Assembly (NCBI GenBank): GCA_036630325.1
Contig: CP142729.1
Location: forward strand, 1-64,000
DNA: 64,000 bases
Direction of reading: 5' to 3'
Origin: Vairimorpha necatrix
Lineage: Eukaryota
This document shows, in pieces, positions 13,555 through 26,146 of this stretch. Each line of letters opens with the position of its first letter. Within the stretch, counting starts at the first letter, position 1. Below the pieces are notes generated by a model. That model saw nothing but the letters and a program-made list of their open reading frames with translations. It made no database searches and had not been told where the DNA came from. The position numbers were made by a program, and so were the translations under genes.

Positions 13555-13770
13555 AAAATGAATTAATACGGGATATGCTAATGGTGTTTTATATTCTAGT
13601 ATATTCTTAATAGGTTCCGCATTAGCATCTCCTGTTTGTAGGCAGCTTCACGGCTCTTAGTCCTTTTTAAATCGGAACCTTCACACCTCTTTTGTAGTCT
13701 ATTGGAATGCTTTAGTTTGTCTTCTGTTAATCATCTTGATGTACGCTATTAAATTCTTAGAGTATTTGAT
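13555..13770 (-). mobile_element. 3' fragment of RLE-type non-LTR retrotransposon (family II), degenerate
   Basis: Similar to 31473-31775 (gcattagcatctcctgtttgta ... atcatcttgatgtacgct). Confidence 0.7.
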
Positions 13771-13936
13771 AGTTTAACCTATTTTTTATATTATATAACA
13801 CAACAATATTACTATTAGATTATTTTTTTATTCAAATATATATATATATATATATCTTTTTATTATACTCTATAAGTTATCTTATTTAAATTTTTAATAT
13901 ATCATTTTTGTTTAATCATAATATATTTAAAATATT

Positions 13937-15087
13937 GGTTAAATTGCGATGTTACCCCCCCCCCCCACCCCTAAAAAAATAAAAAAAAGGGGGAAAAATA
14001 AAAAAAGGGGAAAAAATAAAAAAAAGGGGAAAAAATAAAAAAAAGGGGGAAACAAAAAGGAATAAAATTATACCCCTAAAACTAACATCAAAAATTTTAA
14101 TAAATTAATATACCAAAAATAGGAATTAATTACATTTCTTCTTGAAAAAAATATATTAAAGGTATCAATATGCAATAAGTGCATGACACCCATGACCAAA
14201 ATTAGAAATAATTTGGACAAATATCGTTGTTACTTACGACGAAATGGGAGAAAATGCTCAAACAAAGGTAACATTTACAAAGAAAGCATTTTTAAAAGTT
14301 CTAGATTAGATATCGAAGATCTTTTAATTTAGCTGTGTGAATGGTTTAAGGTGTAAGCAATGTTTCGGCTACTATCGAAATGGATATAGATAGTAGTACC
14401 GTATCTCGCTAGTTTACGCGTTTTAATAACGCTGTATTCTTATCCTATTTCAACTACCTTCAAAACAAAACCATAGGAGGTTTAAATTACGTAGTTAAAA
14501 TAGACGAGACATTGCTTGTTAAAAGTAAAAACCATAACAGTAGAATCCTTCAATACAAGTTTGGGCCGTTGGTGGAGTTGTACGAGGAGACAGCAATTCT
14601 TTTTTTTCAAAATTGTTAAAAATCGATCAAGAACTACTCTTGTCGATTTAATAAAACGAAAAATCGCACCTGGATCTACAATTATTACTGATTGTTGGCG
14701 GGGGTATAAAGGGGTTTCGGAACTATGTCTGGATTATAACTATTTACATTTAACTGTAAATCATAGCCAAAATTTTGTAAATCCAACAACAGGCGCCCAC
14801 ACCCAAACAATTGAGGGAATGTGGTCTGTAATTAAAAGGGAATTGCGCAAAGAAGGAACAAGCCATGGTTCTTTAATGAATCTCATTCGAAAACTTTATA
14901 TAGCTCGTTTTAAGTTAATTTATAGAGAATCACTACTTGAAAAAATGTTATGTTTTTTGAGATTGATAATATATCATTTTTAAATTACGATTTAGGGCCC
15001 GAATTTGATTTTGAATTGATTGAATAAATTTTGTTTCCCCCTTTTTTTTATTTTTTTAGGGGTGGGGGGTAACATCGCAATTTAACC
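13937..15087 (+). mobile_element. Merlin (IS1595/ISXO2-like) DNA transposon 1
   Basis: TIRs GGTTAAATTGCGATGTTACCCCCC and its reverse complement. 8-bp TSD AAAATATT at 13929-13936 and 15088-15095. Empty site with a single AAAATATT at 43161-43168 in copy B. Confidence 0.95.
14140..14983 (+). pseudogene. Merlin DDE transposase pseudogene
   Basis: The C-terminal frame has IITDCWRGY, HLTVNHSQNFVNPTTGAHTQTIEGMWS. The upstream Zn-ribbon and KIDET regions are broken by stops and frameshifts. Start coordinate is approximate. Confidence 0.88.
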
Positions 15088-18000
15088 AAAATATTTTTTT
15101 TAAATATTTTCCTTAAATGAAGATAATTTCAGATCCCTAAATAAATAATTTTAAATATTACAAAAAGATTAGTTTTATTAAATATAATAGACAAGATTAA
15201 TATGAACCTTACATCGATAAAAAATATTAGGTTCTACAAGGCTTGATCTGATGATTTATCCTTCATTTAGTATTTATTGTAATATAATCCGTTGTTTTAA
15301 TTATCTTTATTATTAAAAAAAGCAAACTTCATTACCGACAAACAAATTACTACACACCTTCTTTTACATGGCCAACATGTTTTTTCTAAATATATTTTTT
15401 TTTTCACTAAACTCTAGATTTTTACTGATATATATATATAAAATAATCATTCTCATACTTTATAGAAATTTATATCATATATACGTTTTTATAATATATT
15501 ATTTTATTAAACTCATTTAATTATTCATTATAATAGAATATAAGTCTTTAATATGGTTAATATAATGTTCTAATTATTTATGACTTTACATTTAAAATAT
15601 TTTGTTCTACTGATTCATCTTAATTATAACTGTAAACAGTTTATATGATAATACACTATCTATTTATTACTAATATATTATCTAAACTTGAATGTTTACT
15701 AATAAAGACTTTCAAAGCTGATATAGAAGCTTTGTCAGCATGCTATTACAATGTAATTTTCGAGAAAAATATACTATTATCATCATTTAGTGTATGCACA
15801 AACTTTCAAATTTTATTATATGCTAAATTTCTTATCTAATAATTTCGCTTTTCGATTGAAATAAATTTTTCGTAAATGTTAATGATCCTTCATTAGATAT
15901 TATTTCTAGACATTCTTTATTTTGCTCATTATATTACTCTCTTCCTAATTTTTATTTTTTTCAATGTAAAATAAGAGAGAACCATTACATAGAATTTTGT
16001 TAACAATAAATTTAACCTCATACGTTTAGTGAAGTAGTTTATTGATAAATACCAATTTGAATTCTCATACAAACTAAAGAAAGTACATATTATACAATTT
16101 TTTCGTTTCAGAACAAGTGTTTTTATCTATCTTTATATTACATCGTCAAGATTCACTGCTGATAAGAAACTAAGATTTAAATAATTTCTAAATTGCTAAA
16201 CAATGTACAATATTAACTTACAAGAATGTCACTTATCATTACATGAATCTTTTACGCGACTTCTAACATTTCTAATATTCGATCCTGCTTTCTACGGACT
16301 TCTTTGACCACCAGTTATTTGAATTTTAAAAATGGGGATATAGAATCGTATAAAAGAAAAGATGATGCTCCTAGATAAATTCTTCTAATCGTAAATTCAC
16401 CATTAACAAATTTCATTAAACACTGCATCAGTAATGTTTTTTTAAAAAACTGGCCTCTCTTTGAATACACGGTCGATGTAAACATCAATTTTATTTCTAG
16501 TTGTAAGTGAAGTTGTTCATTAATAGTAAAGTTCTATTTTTGTATTTTTTTAAGCTCATTGTTATATAAAATTTATTAATGATTTCCAAAAAAAACTTCG
16601 TCGTGCGGAGAACAAAAAAGTTTTTTCAAAAAAAGTAAATCTTAATAGTCATTATGGAAAGGGCTTAGTTACAATAATTTTTTCTAGCGACGTTAATCTT
16701 AAACAAAAAGGACTGGATATTCATTTTATATATCATAAGTATTTTCAAAATGTTCTACATATTCAGTGTCTACTACAAAAATTAAAAATTTAAAAATAGT
16801 TTTTAAAAGCTACTTTATACAATATTACTTATTATTTTTTATACAATAATCATCTCTAATTTATATAAGGAACATTCGTTTTCAGTTTATTAATACTCTA
16901 TATGTAAATTTTCCTTATATTACACTATTGATTATAAATTGTAAAAAAAAACGAAAAGTTTTATGTTTTGAACATAATATTTTTGATCCATTCTATATAT
17001 ATTGCTGATGCAAGTTTTAATACAAATTTTTTAACTTAAAAATTTCTACATACATAGTTTTATGTCTAAAATGCAAGTTGTCTTGATTTTTAAAGAGTGT
17101 ATTAGATTCACATCATTTTAACGCTTGTATTATCTTTTTAATATAGGTACGTTTCTTGTCATTTAAAAATAATAATTGAAAAATATAAATATTTCAAATT
17201 ATTATATTTTATATAATTTATTTTTTGAGTAAGAATTTATCTTATTTTTGATTTTACACAGATACATTGAATCATGTTGCTTTACTTAATATTCTAAGCT
17301 TATAACAAGTTGATCATATTAATTCGACATGAATTATACGTATTAAGCGTATTTCACTTAGGTTTTATAAGGTAATTTTCATATTTATTTCTTGTCTAGA
17401 TTTTATCCACAACTGAGATTTATTAAAACAATATATCTCTATTAAAGAAACAGTACCATTCCAATCTAAAAATATATAAAGATTATCAAATGTGTAACCT
17501 TATGTTTTGTTATACGATAGAGGATTAGGTTCGGATTTACGAAAAAAACAAATAACAATGACAGTATTGCTATTTTAAAAATGATATATGTGTTCCTTGT
17601 TCTTTATACGAGGAATGTAAGCTATTGATTAATCTAAAATAAATGTTGGACTGTTTTTCAAAGAAAATGTTTCTTTTATTTTGTAAATATTAATTTCTCG
17701 CATATATATATTTTCGCCTTTAATATTATAAATGGCTTGAACATAACATCAAAATTTTTATTGTAAGAAATGACATTTCGATAATCTTTCATCTAGGGAT
17801 TTGTTTTTCTGCCAAATTAAAATTGTGTACGGAATTTGGTTTTAGAAATTAGAAATAAGGATGAAACGAGTTAATTTGTTCTATGCATTGTTTATTTTGT
17901 GTCAAATATTTTTAAAGTAACTTATAATAAATATAATGTCTTTTTCCTTTTTTATAGAACATAAATAAAATATGTGCATTTTTATAAAAATTTAATTTAC

Positions 18001-18836
18001 AACCAAATCAATCCCAGGAAGGTTCAGTCAAAATTTATGTCTGCAATTATTAAATCCATGGTATAATATCTAATGTGAAGAATAATGATGATTTAGTGTA
18101 CAGTTTTATAACTATTTTAAGATCTATAATCTTTTTATTTGTTTTCTTTTCTAAACAATATATCTTTCTCTTCTCTATTTGAATTGTGTATGATTCTGAT
18201 AGTCTAATTATTTGCAAACAGAAAGTATATCTATTAGGGGGTGTAATTCGAAAATATATCTATTCAATTGTTTTTTAAAAAGGTTATATTCAAATGATCA
18301 TTCACCCCATACTATGAAAAATATTTTCATCTCTGGAATATTCAAAAAATATAGTATCCCAAAATAAAATTTTTCCATTGTTAAGATTATATAATTTTAC
18401 AATAAAATGTTAACGTAATGAAATCTAAACATATCAAATATTAAATTGCGGAATTATATCACTCTATTGTATATATGTTGTAAAAAATGATTTTATTTAT
18501 ATTCAAATGCACAAATAATTATAATCTCGTGTTTCTGACTTTATATTTCCTTTATTTTTCAACTTTTGTTCATTTTACTATCTTAAATAACTAATTATTT
18601 GTCTTCTATTTTTGGTTTTGTAAGTCAAAATTACTATATCAGTCCTACAGAATATTAATAATAGTACATTTACACTGACATTATATTTTTAGAATCTATA
18701 AGATACGTAAATTTTCTTTTTTAATTTGTCTTTTATTTTTTTTTAAGTTTTTGGACATCTGTCTTGACCAAGAGAACAATGATTTGATTGTATACAATAT
18801 TTAATTTTTTTTAATTTGGTTCTTTACTATAATTTG

Positions 18837-20083
18837 GGTTAAGTTCTCGACTTACCCCCCCCCCCACCCCTAAAAAAAATAAAAAAAAATAAAAAAGGGG
18901 GGAAAAATAAAAAAAAGGGGAAAAAATAAAAAAAGGGGAAAAAATAAAAGAAATAAAAAATTTGACCCATAATGAGAATTAAAGAATTTAGAAAACTCAT
19001 CTATAAAAAAAATGAGTTAATGCAATTTTTAATTGCAAAAAACATTTTGAGGGTCCCTATGTGCAATAAATGCAATATACCAATGACTCAAAATCGGACC
19101 AACACTGAAAACTATCGTTGTTATTCAAGGCGTGATGGTAAAAAATGTTCTAACAAAGGAACCATAATGAAACAAAGCGTTTTTAAGAACTCAAAATTGC
19201 CTATTGAGGATCTTTTAATATTGCTTTGCGAATGGGTAAAGGGTTCAAGTAATTTGGCCGCCACGTTAGAACTTGATATAGGTAAATGTACGGTATCAAG
19301 ATGGTTTACGCGTTTTAATAACGCCGTGTACGTCTCTTATTCAACATATATAAACAATCAAACGATTGGCGGCGTCGGTTGTATTGTTGAAATTGATGAA
19401 ACTTTACTTGTAAAAAGTAAAAACCATGCGGGAAGGGTTCTTCAATATCAAGTATGGGCAGTTGGAGGCGTTGTGAGAGGAAATGCAAATTCTTTTTTCT
19501 TTGAGATCGTAGAAAATAGAACAAGAGCTACTCTTGTTGAATTAATTACAAGAAAAATTGCTCCGGGGACCACAATTGTGACAGATTGTTGGCGTGGATA
19601 TTGTGATATTCAAACAATCTGTGTAGAATATGAGTATCTACATTTGACTGTGAATCACAGCCAAAATTTTGTTGATAATATAACTGGTTCATACTCAGAC
19701 TATAGAGGGAATGTGGTCGGTTATTAAAAGAGAACTAAGAAAAGGAGGAACTAGTCATGGTACTATTATGAATCTTGTAAGAAAGATTTACATTAACAGA
19801 TTCAAATTAATATATCGTGAAAATCTATTGGATAAAATGTTAGAATTTTTTCAAATAGGTAATTTTAGTATTGTAGCTTATGATATTATTCCTGAAATAG
19901 ACTTTACAATTGTGGAATAATTTTTTTTGTTTTTTTTGGGGGGTAAGGGGGGTTAAGTCGAGAATTAAACGTTTTTTTATTTTTTTTTATTTTTTCCCCT
20001 TTTTTTATTTTTTCCCCTTTTTTTATTTTTTCCCCTTTTTTTATTTTTTTTGGGGTGGGGGGGGGTAAGTCGAGAACTTAACC
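18837..20083 (+). mobile_element. Merlin (IS1595/ISXO2-like) DNA transposon 2
   Basis: TIRs GGTTAAGTTCTCGACTTACCCCCC plus inverted subterminal A/G repeats. 8-bp TSD ATAATTTG at 18829-18836 and 20084-20091. Empty site at 46890-46897 in copy B. Confidence 0.96.
18972..19920 (+). pseudogene. Merlin DDE transposase (DDE_Tnp_IS1595-like), near intact with a single frameshift at ~19689
   Basis: ORFs 18972-19727 and 19711-19920. N-terminal CxxC..C..C ribbon, VEIDET, IVTDCWRGY, HLTVNHS. The sequence act ggt t cat act cag act ata gag gga atg tgg is TG[A]HTQTIEGMW lacking 2 nt. Confidence 0.92.
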
Positions 20084-21254
20084 ATAATTTGTTTATTCTT
20101 TTTACATACAAAATATTTTTTCTTTATTAATTAATCGATATTTTTATAATCAGGAACAAACATAATTTCTTATTATATACTATTAAAAACGTTATTGTTC
20201 ATTATGTTTAGTCTGTACGAATAAAATATATGATGTAATTGATTCTAGGTTATTTAATTCTTTTATACATAGATACATCTGATTGTTGCAATAAATATGA
20301 ACTTATTAATATGATTTTTATTTCTTAGAATATTATGTATATTTATATTAAGCACTTGCCATGTTTATAATATCTACACGTATCTTAGTAAAAATTTATA
20401 AATTTTGTTGGCATTTTGAATTTCTAGTATCATTTAATTTTTATTTTATTTTATATATAGACTTCGAGGCTGATTTACGCCCTAAAGAAGGAATATTGTT
20501 GTTTTCTTTAATGTGTTCATTTTTTCTGCGCTTTTCGATCCTTAATGTTTAATTTTTCTTAGTCTTTCACTAAAAGTTTCTTGTTTAAGTAAAATGCTAA
20601 TGACTAATTGGAGATATTTAAAACACAAGAAACATTTGTTGAAAAAATCTTTATATGTCAACATTACATATATATATACCTGCTCATTTTGCCAAGTAAA
20701 GTCAATGATTTCTTTAGTCTATCTATGTGCCAGTCAATAATGGCTAATACTCAGGGCAGGGCACGTCTCAGTATGCAAATGACTCGTCACATATAGATTA
20801 TTCAATTATGTAGTATTAATGGAAATCTGTTTAAAATAAAAATTTCTTGAATCATCTAGTTCGGTTGTTTAGATAAATATCTCCAAAACAATGTATTTAA
20901 CAGTGTTTGTTGAATAAACGATTAAACTAATTTTTTATGTTTCTCTAGTATATATACTAACTTTACTTTTTTTGCAAGCGATAGATATAATTATAATTTT
21001 TCAATCGCAAAAAATAATAAGTCTACTTTTAAAGTTTTGTGCTTACAATACTGTTTATTCTGAATTTTAATAATAGATTATTTTCGTCTTGTCGATATTA
21101 TTATCTCTTCTTAAATATATATATACATATACAAATACATCTCTTCTTAATAATTAGTTAGTCGTTTAAAATGTCAAGAATAATTACTTTCAAGCCTTCA
21201 TGATATAGCTAAGTTCTTTTGTAATGATCTATTTTGGGGTGATTAATTTCCTCA

Positions 21255-21695
21255 GTTAATTATCATGATTTTCTTCTTCATTTTATTACATTTGTATATA
21301 TACTTGTCATTTCTGAAAAATCTAAAATTTAAATCTCTAAAATTATTAATTATTCATTAAATACTAATTATTTTTTCATAATTTTCTTTTCTGTCTTATT
21401 GTATATATATATATATGTATATAGAATTTTCCTTATTTTAAAAATGAAAATTCTAAAACTCTAAAATTCAAAATTATTGCAATTTAGACAAATATTTTTC
21501 ATGATTTTTATCAACTTTTTATTTTTTATAAATGTGTATATATTCTTTTTATCAATAAAGAAAGAAAATCAAATTATGTCATTTTAGATAATTTTTTTTT
21601 CATGATTTTATTCTTATTCTTGGTGTTTGAATATATATACTTGTCATCCTTAAAAAATTAAAAACTTGGAAGTTCAAAAAACAAAATTTTGACTT
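21255..21695. repeat. Degenerate ~100-125 bp tandem repeat, about 4 units
   Basis: Recurrent tcat(g/a)attt..., gtatatatac(t)tgtcat and aaaatt motifs at ~21264, 21377, 21500 and 21601. Paralog at ~48050-48485. Confidence 0.55.
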
Positions 21696-22389
21696 ATAGC
21701 CTATATTTACTTTAAAATTTCAAATTTTTGGCGAGGAGAAGAGAAAATGATATTAAACATAAACTCAAAAGAAATTGAGTTAAAAATCCAATTGATATAG
21801 GGTATTTCTACTCACTTAACTATTACCGAATACTTGCGCTTCACTATCTCCGACGTAACCATTTAGATTTGATGAGAATATTTTTATATAAAGCCTCTAA
21901 TCGCGTCATTAAATCGATAAATATATTAAAATGAAGATTTTAAAAACTCAGTATAGATTTATCGCATTAATATAATGTCTATATAAAAATAAATCATCTA
22001 GATCTAAGATATCTCTTTCTCTTACACAGAACACTAAAAGCAACTTTTTTAAACTTTTGGTCACTAATGAAATAATTGAACAGATCTCCATCTTATACTA
22101 ATCTTGTTTGTATAAAAACAAACTTCATAAATTTCTACATCAAGAGTGCAATAATTGGCTTTTAGATCCTTATAAAATACACAGTCATGGTATTTTGAAA
22201 CACAGAATGACAAATTATATGTATTTAAATTCGAATTGTGAATATATTTCAGAAATTACTAATCAATTCATTTCAAGAATTACTTTCATAATATTTGTTT
22301 AGTCATTCAATTTGAAATATTATATTTAGTGACGTCTGTATGCCCAACAGCATCTATTTCTACACAGCGAATATAAATTTTAATTTTAT

Positions 22390-22456
22390 TGCCACCGGGA
22401 ATCGAACCTTGGACCTTCGATATCAAATCAAGGTGCAACCATTCTGCCAAGCACAC
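22390..22456 (-). pseudogene. tRNA-like relic (tRNA pseudogene or SINE head)
   Basis: The minus strand has an A-box TGGCAGAATGG and a B-box GGTTCGATTCCC at tRNA spacing. The anticodon arm and acceptor stem are imperfect. Confidence 0.6.
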
Positions 22457-23210
22457 GTATTTTAATTTTGTTATCCTTTAAGAAAACCAATTATATTTTC
22501 AACTTCCTTTAATTTTTTGTTTTCTTTCTATACATAAAGAAAAATTTCAAATTAGTCAGATTGAAAGATCATTAAACGATTTAACCAAATAATAAACAAT
22601 TTACAATATTAGTTCTATGCTTTCTTTTGGGAAATTAAATTATATAAGATTATCTTGATCCAAATATACCTTTCTAATATATATATACTTGTTATACTAA
22701 AAAATAATAAACATTTTACACGGCAAAAACAAGTATATGTCCTAATTATATACAAAATACTTTCATATGTGACCGCACATTTTAAGATTTAGTGGCATCG
22801 TATTTCAATCTCTCTATTATATCTGGTAATTTTGTTATTCTTATTTTCCATACCCTCTAAAGTAAATTTTTTTAAATAATTTTTTCAACAAGTTAAAACT
22901 GTCATTTGTAAATATATGTTTAATATGTATTTGATCTGCTACAACTTTATATGAACTACATTCTTTTAAGAATTTAAACTAAAAAATAATAAAAACATAT
23001 TTATGTGATTTAACTAATATTCTTTATTGAGATTTTGTTTTTTCTTAGATACTGTGATGTACATTACTACTACACATGGACAGATGTCAAAAATATGTCA
23101 ACCGTTTCGGATGGCATGTCAAGTTGGGTCACACAATAAAACGAAAGTTGCATGGTCGTTACTACATTCGTAAGTACGCCATTGTTTTTTTAGTGTTGAC
23201 AACATATATA

Positions 23211-23516
23211 AGATTTATTGAGTTAATTTATCATGTAAGTTAGATCAGCACAGTTTCCCCCGGTATCGCTCACTAGATTCGGCTCTTCATAGACTTTGGG
23301 TTTCGTGGAATTATTTATGTTTTCCAAATTCACTTTTTCAGCTTCATTCCCATTTGCCGACATCGCTTGTTCAACAGTCGCCATATTCGCTAGTGCGCTT
23401 ACAGCTCTAACCACTTCTTCTTCTTCTTCTGCATTTTTTATCGTATCTTGTTCGTCGTTCCAAAGAAATGGTCTCTGAAGTTTTCTTCATCACACAAGAC
23501 TGAATGTATGCTTCCA
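23211..23516 (-). mobile_element. 3' fragment of RLE-type non-LTR retrotransposon (family I)
   Basis: Matches ~63051-63360 (EEEVVRAVSALANMATV...SDTG; 3' end ctcaataaatct). Confidence 0.85.
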
Positions 23517-24159
23517 GAAATGTTTAGATTTCTGCAGAATGCAAATAAGATTTTAAAATATTAATATATATATGTACACAATAATAATATAATTTTGAAA
23601 TAATGAATTCCTAAACTTTTAAAATTTTACAACTGTAACTATTATTTTGGAAAAAATATTTTAGTTTGACATTACGATTGATTTTTAGTAAAAATTTAAT
23701 TAAATTTTGATTTTATTCAAAAATGTCAAGAGAATTTAAAAAATTTAAAGGCCGTATTAAATTTCAAAAAATATTATCTGGTCATCTGTTTAATTGAGTT
23801 GTTACTCTGTAGACAAAGAAAAATTAATAATAAATTTCAAATAAAGATCATTGAATAAAGAGTAATTAACATTTTTGTTTAGTTTTTAATTGTATATTTT
23901 TTAATTAATTTATTACAAAAATTTGTTTTATTTTTGCTATTAAATCTTTTGAATTCAAAATCTACGCTCTTTTCTATATTTTGTTTATTTTATATTTCCC
24001 TCCTAAAATATTAAATAAAATTTTTTTGTTTATGGGCAATGAGAAATCAAAGATTGGATTGGTGCAATAAAGAGATAAGTTAAGTTGGAATGACAAAAGA
24101 TTTGTGGAATATAGTATTATAAAAATAAGTATTACATAATTTATAATCCAAGACAGTCA

Positions 24160-24455
24160 ATTTTTTTTATGCTAGTGTAATAATCTTTATATTTTATGCT
24201 CATGATTTTTTTTATCAGCAAATGATGATTATACGAATTATATACTTTAGAAATTTGAGTACCGTTAGTTATACCAACTTCAATGGACAAGACCTTATAG
24301 CGCTTGCGCATCCCACGTGTCGCGAGAAGTTGAAAAGTTGGAATACAGATGTATACTCAAATTTCCGAAGTATTAAATTGTATAATAATCATTAGCTGAT
24401 AAATAAGATCATGAGCATAAAATAAAAAAAAATTACATTAACAGTGAAAAAACAC
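24160..24455. repeat. Long imperfect inverted repeat (fold-back/MITE-like)
   Basis: The left arm attttatgctcatgat..ttatcagc..aaatttgagta..ccaactt is mirrored by aagttgg..tactcaaattt..gctgataa..atcatgagcataaaat, around a GC-richer ~45-bp spacer. Paralog at ~50960-51255. Confidence 0.7.
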
Positions 24456-25964
24456 GGGCTGTTACAAGAATTGTAATGCAACTTTTTAGATTAATTATAT
24501 AGAAGCTCTTCCGCTACATTAGCTTTACCCAAATTTAGCTATATAATCTATTGATTGATAAACATAAGGATCACCGGTCATATATTTCTAGTCCGTAGAA
24601 AATAATGATTTTAATGATCGCATTTATACCTAATTATTGCTTAATCAAACATAAGTATGATTATTACATAATCATTGAGAAGAATGTATGCGAAAACTTC
24701 TATAGATATAAGTTTACCATTATCTGAGCAAATGTATCAGGTATTAAAAGAGATATTGGAATTAAGATCAAAATTATGAATATTAGATTATTTGGAAACA
24801 GTTTTACTTAGAATAAAGGTGTAATTTTAGACATTTCGACTTTTAAATAAATTTACTTACTAATATTATTCATAGAGCATCAGTCTGATGAATTGTGTGA
24901 TATGTGTAAACAGGAGTATTTTGATGATTATTCTAGTTTTTTTATTTTTGATATAAGAATTCAAATAGATGATTTATGAAAACTTTCAGAATGCTTATAA
25001 TTTTTTGTGTCCCTTCCATATACTGATTTAAACAAATGTGAAAATTCAAAAAGATATCATATTAAGTGTTATAACACTATATGATAAACAATGAATATTT
25101 TTAATTAGAAAGTATTTATAAATATCCCCAATTCTCAATTTGCTTTTAATTTAAAATAGATGTATAAGGGTAAAATTTTAGAAATATCGAAAACAAAATA
25201 TTAGACAAAAAAGTATTTTATAAATATATATATATTTACTAGAAATTGTTATTAATGAGGTTTCTATATAAAAGATTGTGATGACCTGATTAAAAACATT
25301 CTCATCACATTGTTTGTTTACTTCTCTTAACAAATACTTCATGTTTAAGTAATAAGACGCTATACTCCGTTATAAGAATAATCTTTCTAAAACTTCTTGT
25401 TGTTTGTTTGTTTACAAACAAACATGTAAAACTATAAATAGCGGAAAAGCCCAAAAGGCATGGTGAGCAAGAAGGATAAAGCAAACTCAATTAACAATAA
25501 ATATAATAGTTTTGAAAATGTCTTTTATCTCATCGAGACATATCTCCGCCTACGATATGTCAAAGATATACAAAAAATATCAGTTCAAAATGTTGAGTCC
25601 TTTTTACTTTTTTTGATCTACTACTGATTTAACGAGTAACATTATACGATCAGATATAAAATATTTTCTCTAATAGAAAGATACTAACATAACAATCAGA
25701 TATATATATATATATATATTTCGTTTTAATTGAAGGTGGTCTACTCATCTCCTGAACAGGTTTGTCAATATTATCATATATTGAAAGTAAGTTTTTCTAA
25801 AACTATCCTTTATTAAAAGTAATTCTGATCTCGTAAAATCATGAGATATCTTAAGATCAAGATGTTGTAACTAATTTTATAATATCCTATATTGGGTCGC
25901 AAAATTCTATGTTATACTACCATAAGATATCGTTGGAATATAGTTATATTTCGACATAAAAATA

Positions 25965-26146
25965 AATGAATCTAATTAGGGTATGCTTATTGTAATTTAT
26001 ATTTATAGTTTGACAAGGATAGGTTCCGCGTTAGCGCCTCCTGCTTGTAGGTTGCTTCTTATCTCCATAGTCCTTTCCACATCAGCTTCGTATTCTCTCC
26101 TTCATTAGTCCAGAGAAATGGTTTGTAGCGTGATCATCTGGATGTT
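25965..26146 (-). mobile_element. 3' fragment of RLE-type non-LTR retrotransposon (family II)
   Basis: Similar to 31473-31670 (gcgttagcgcctcctg, tccacatc, tagtccagagaaatg, atcatctggatgt). Confidence 0.75.

Noticed and set aside
13841-13856. Short (AT)n microsatellites here and elsewhere
   Set aside because: They are expected by chance and slippage in very AT-rich DNA.
23053-23204. TG...CA bounded island as a solo LTR
   Set aside because: The flanks (GATAC/TATAT) are not a clean TSD, so the call is unsupported.
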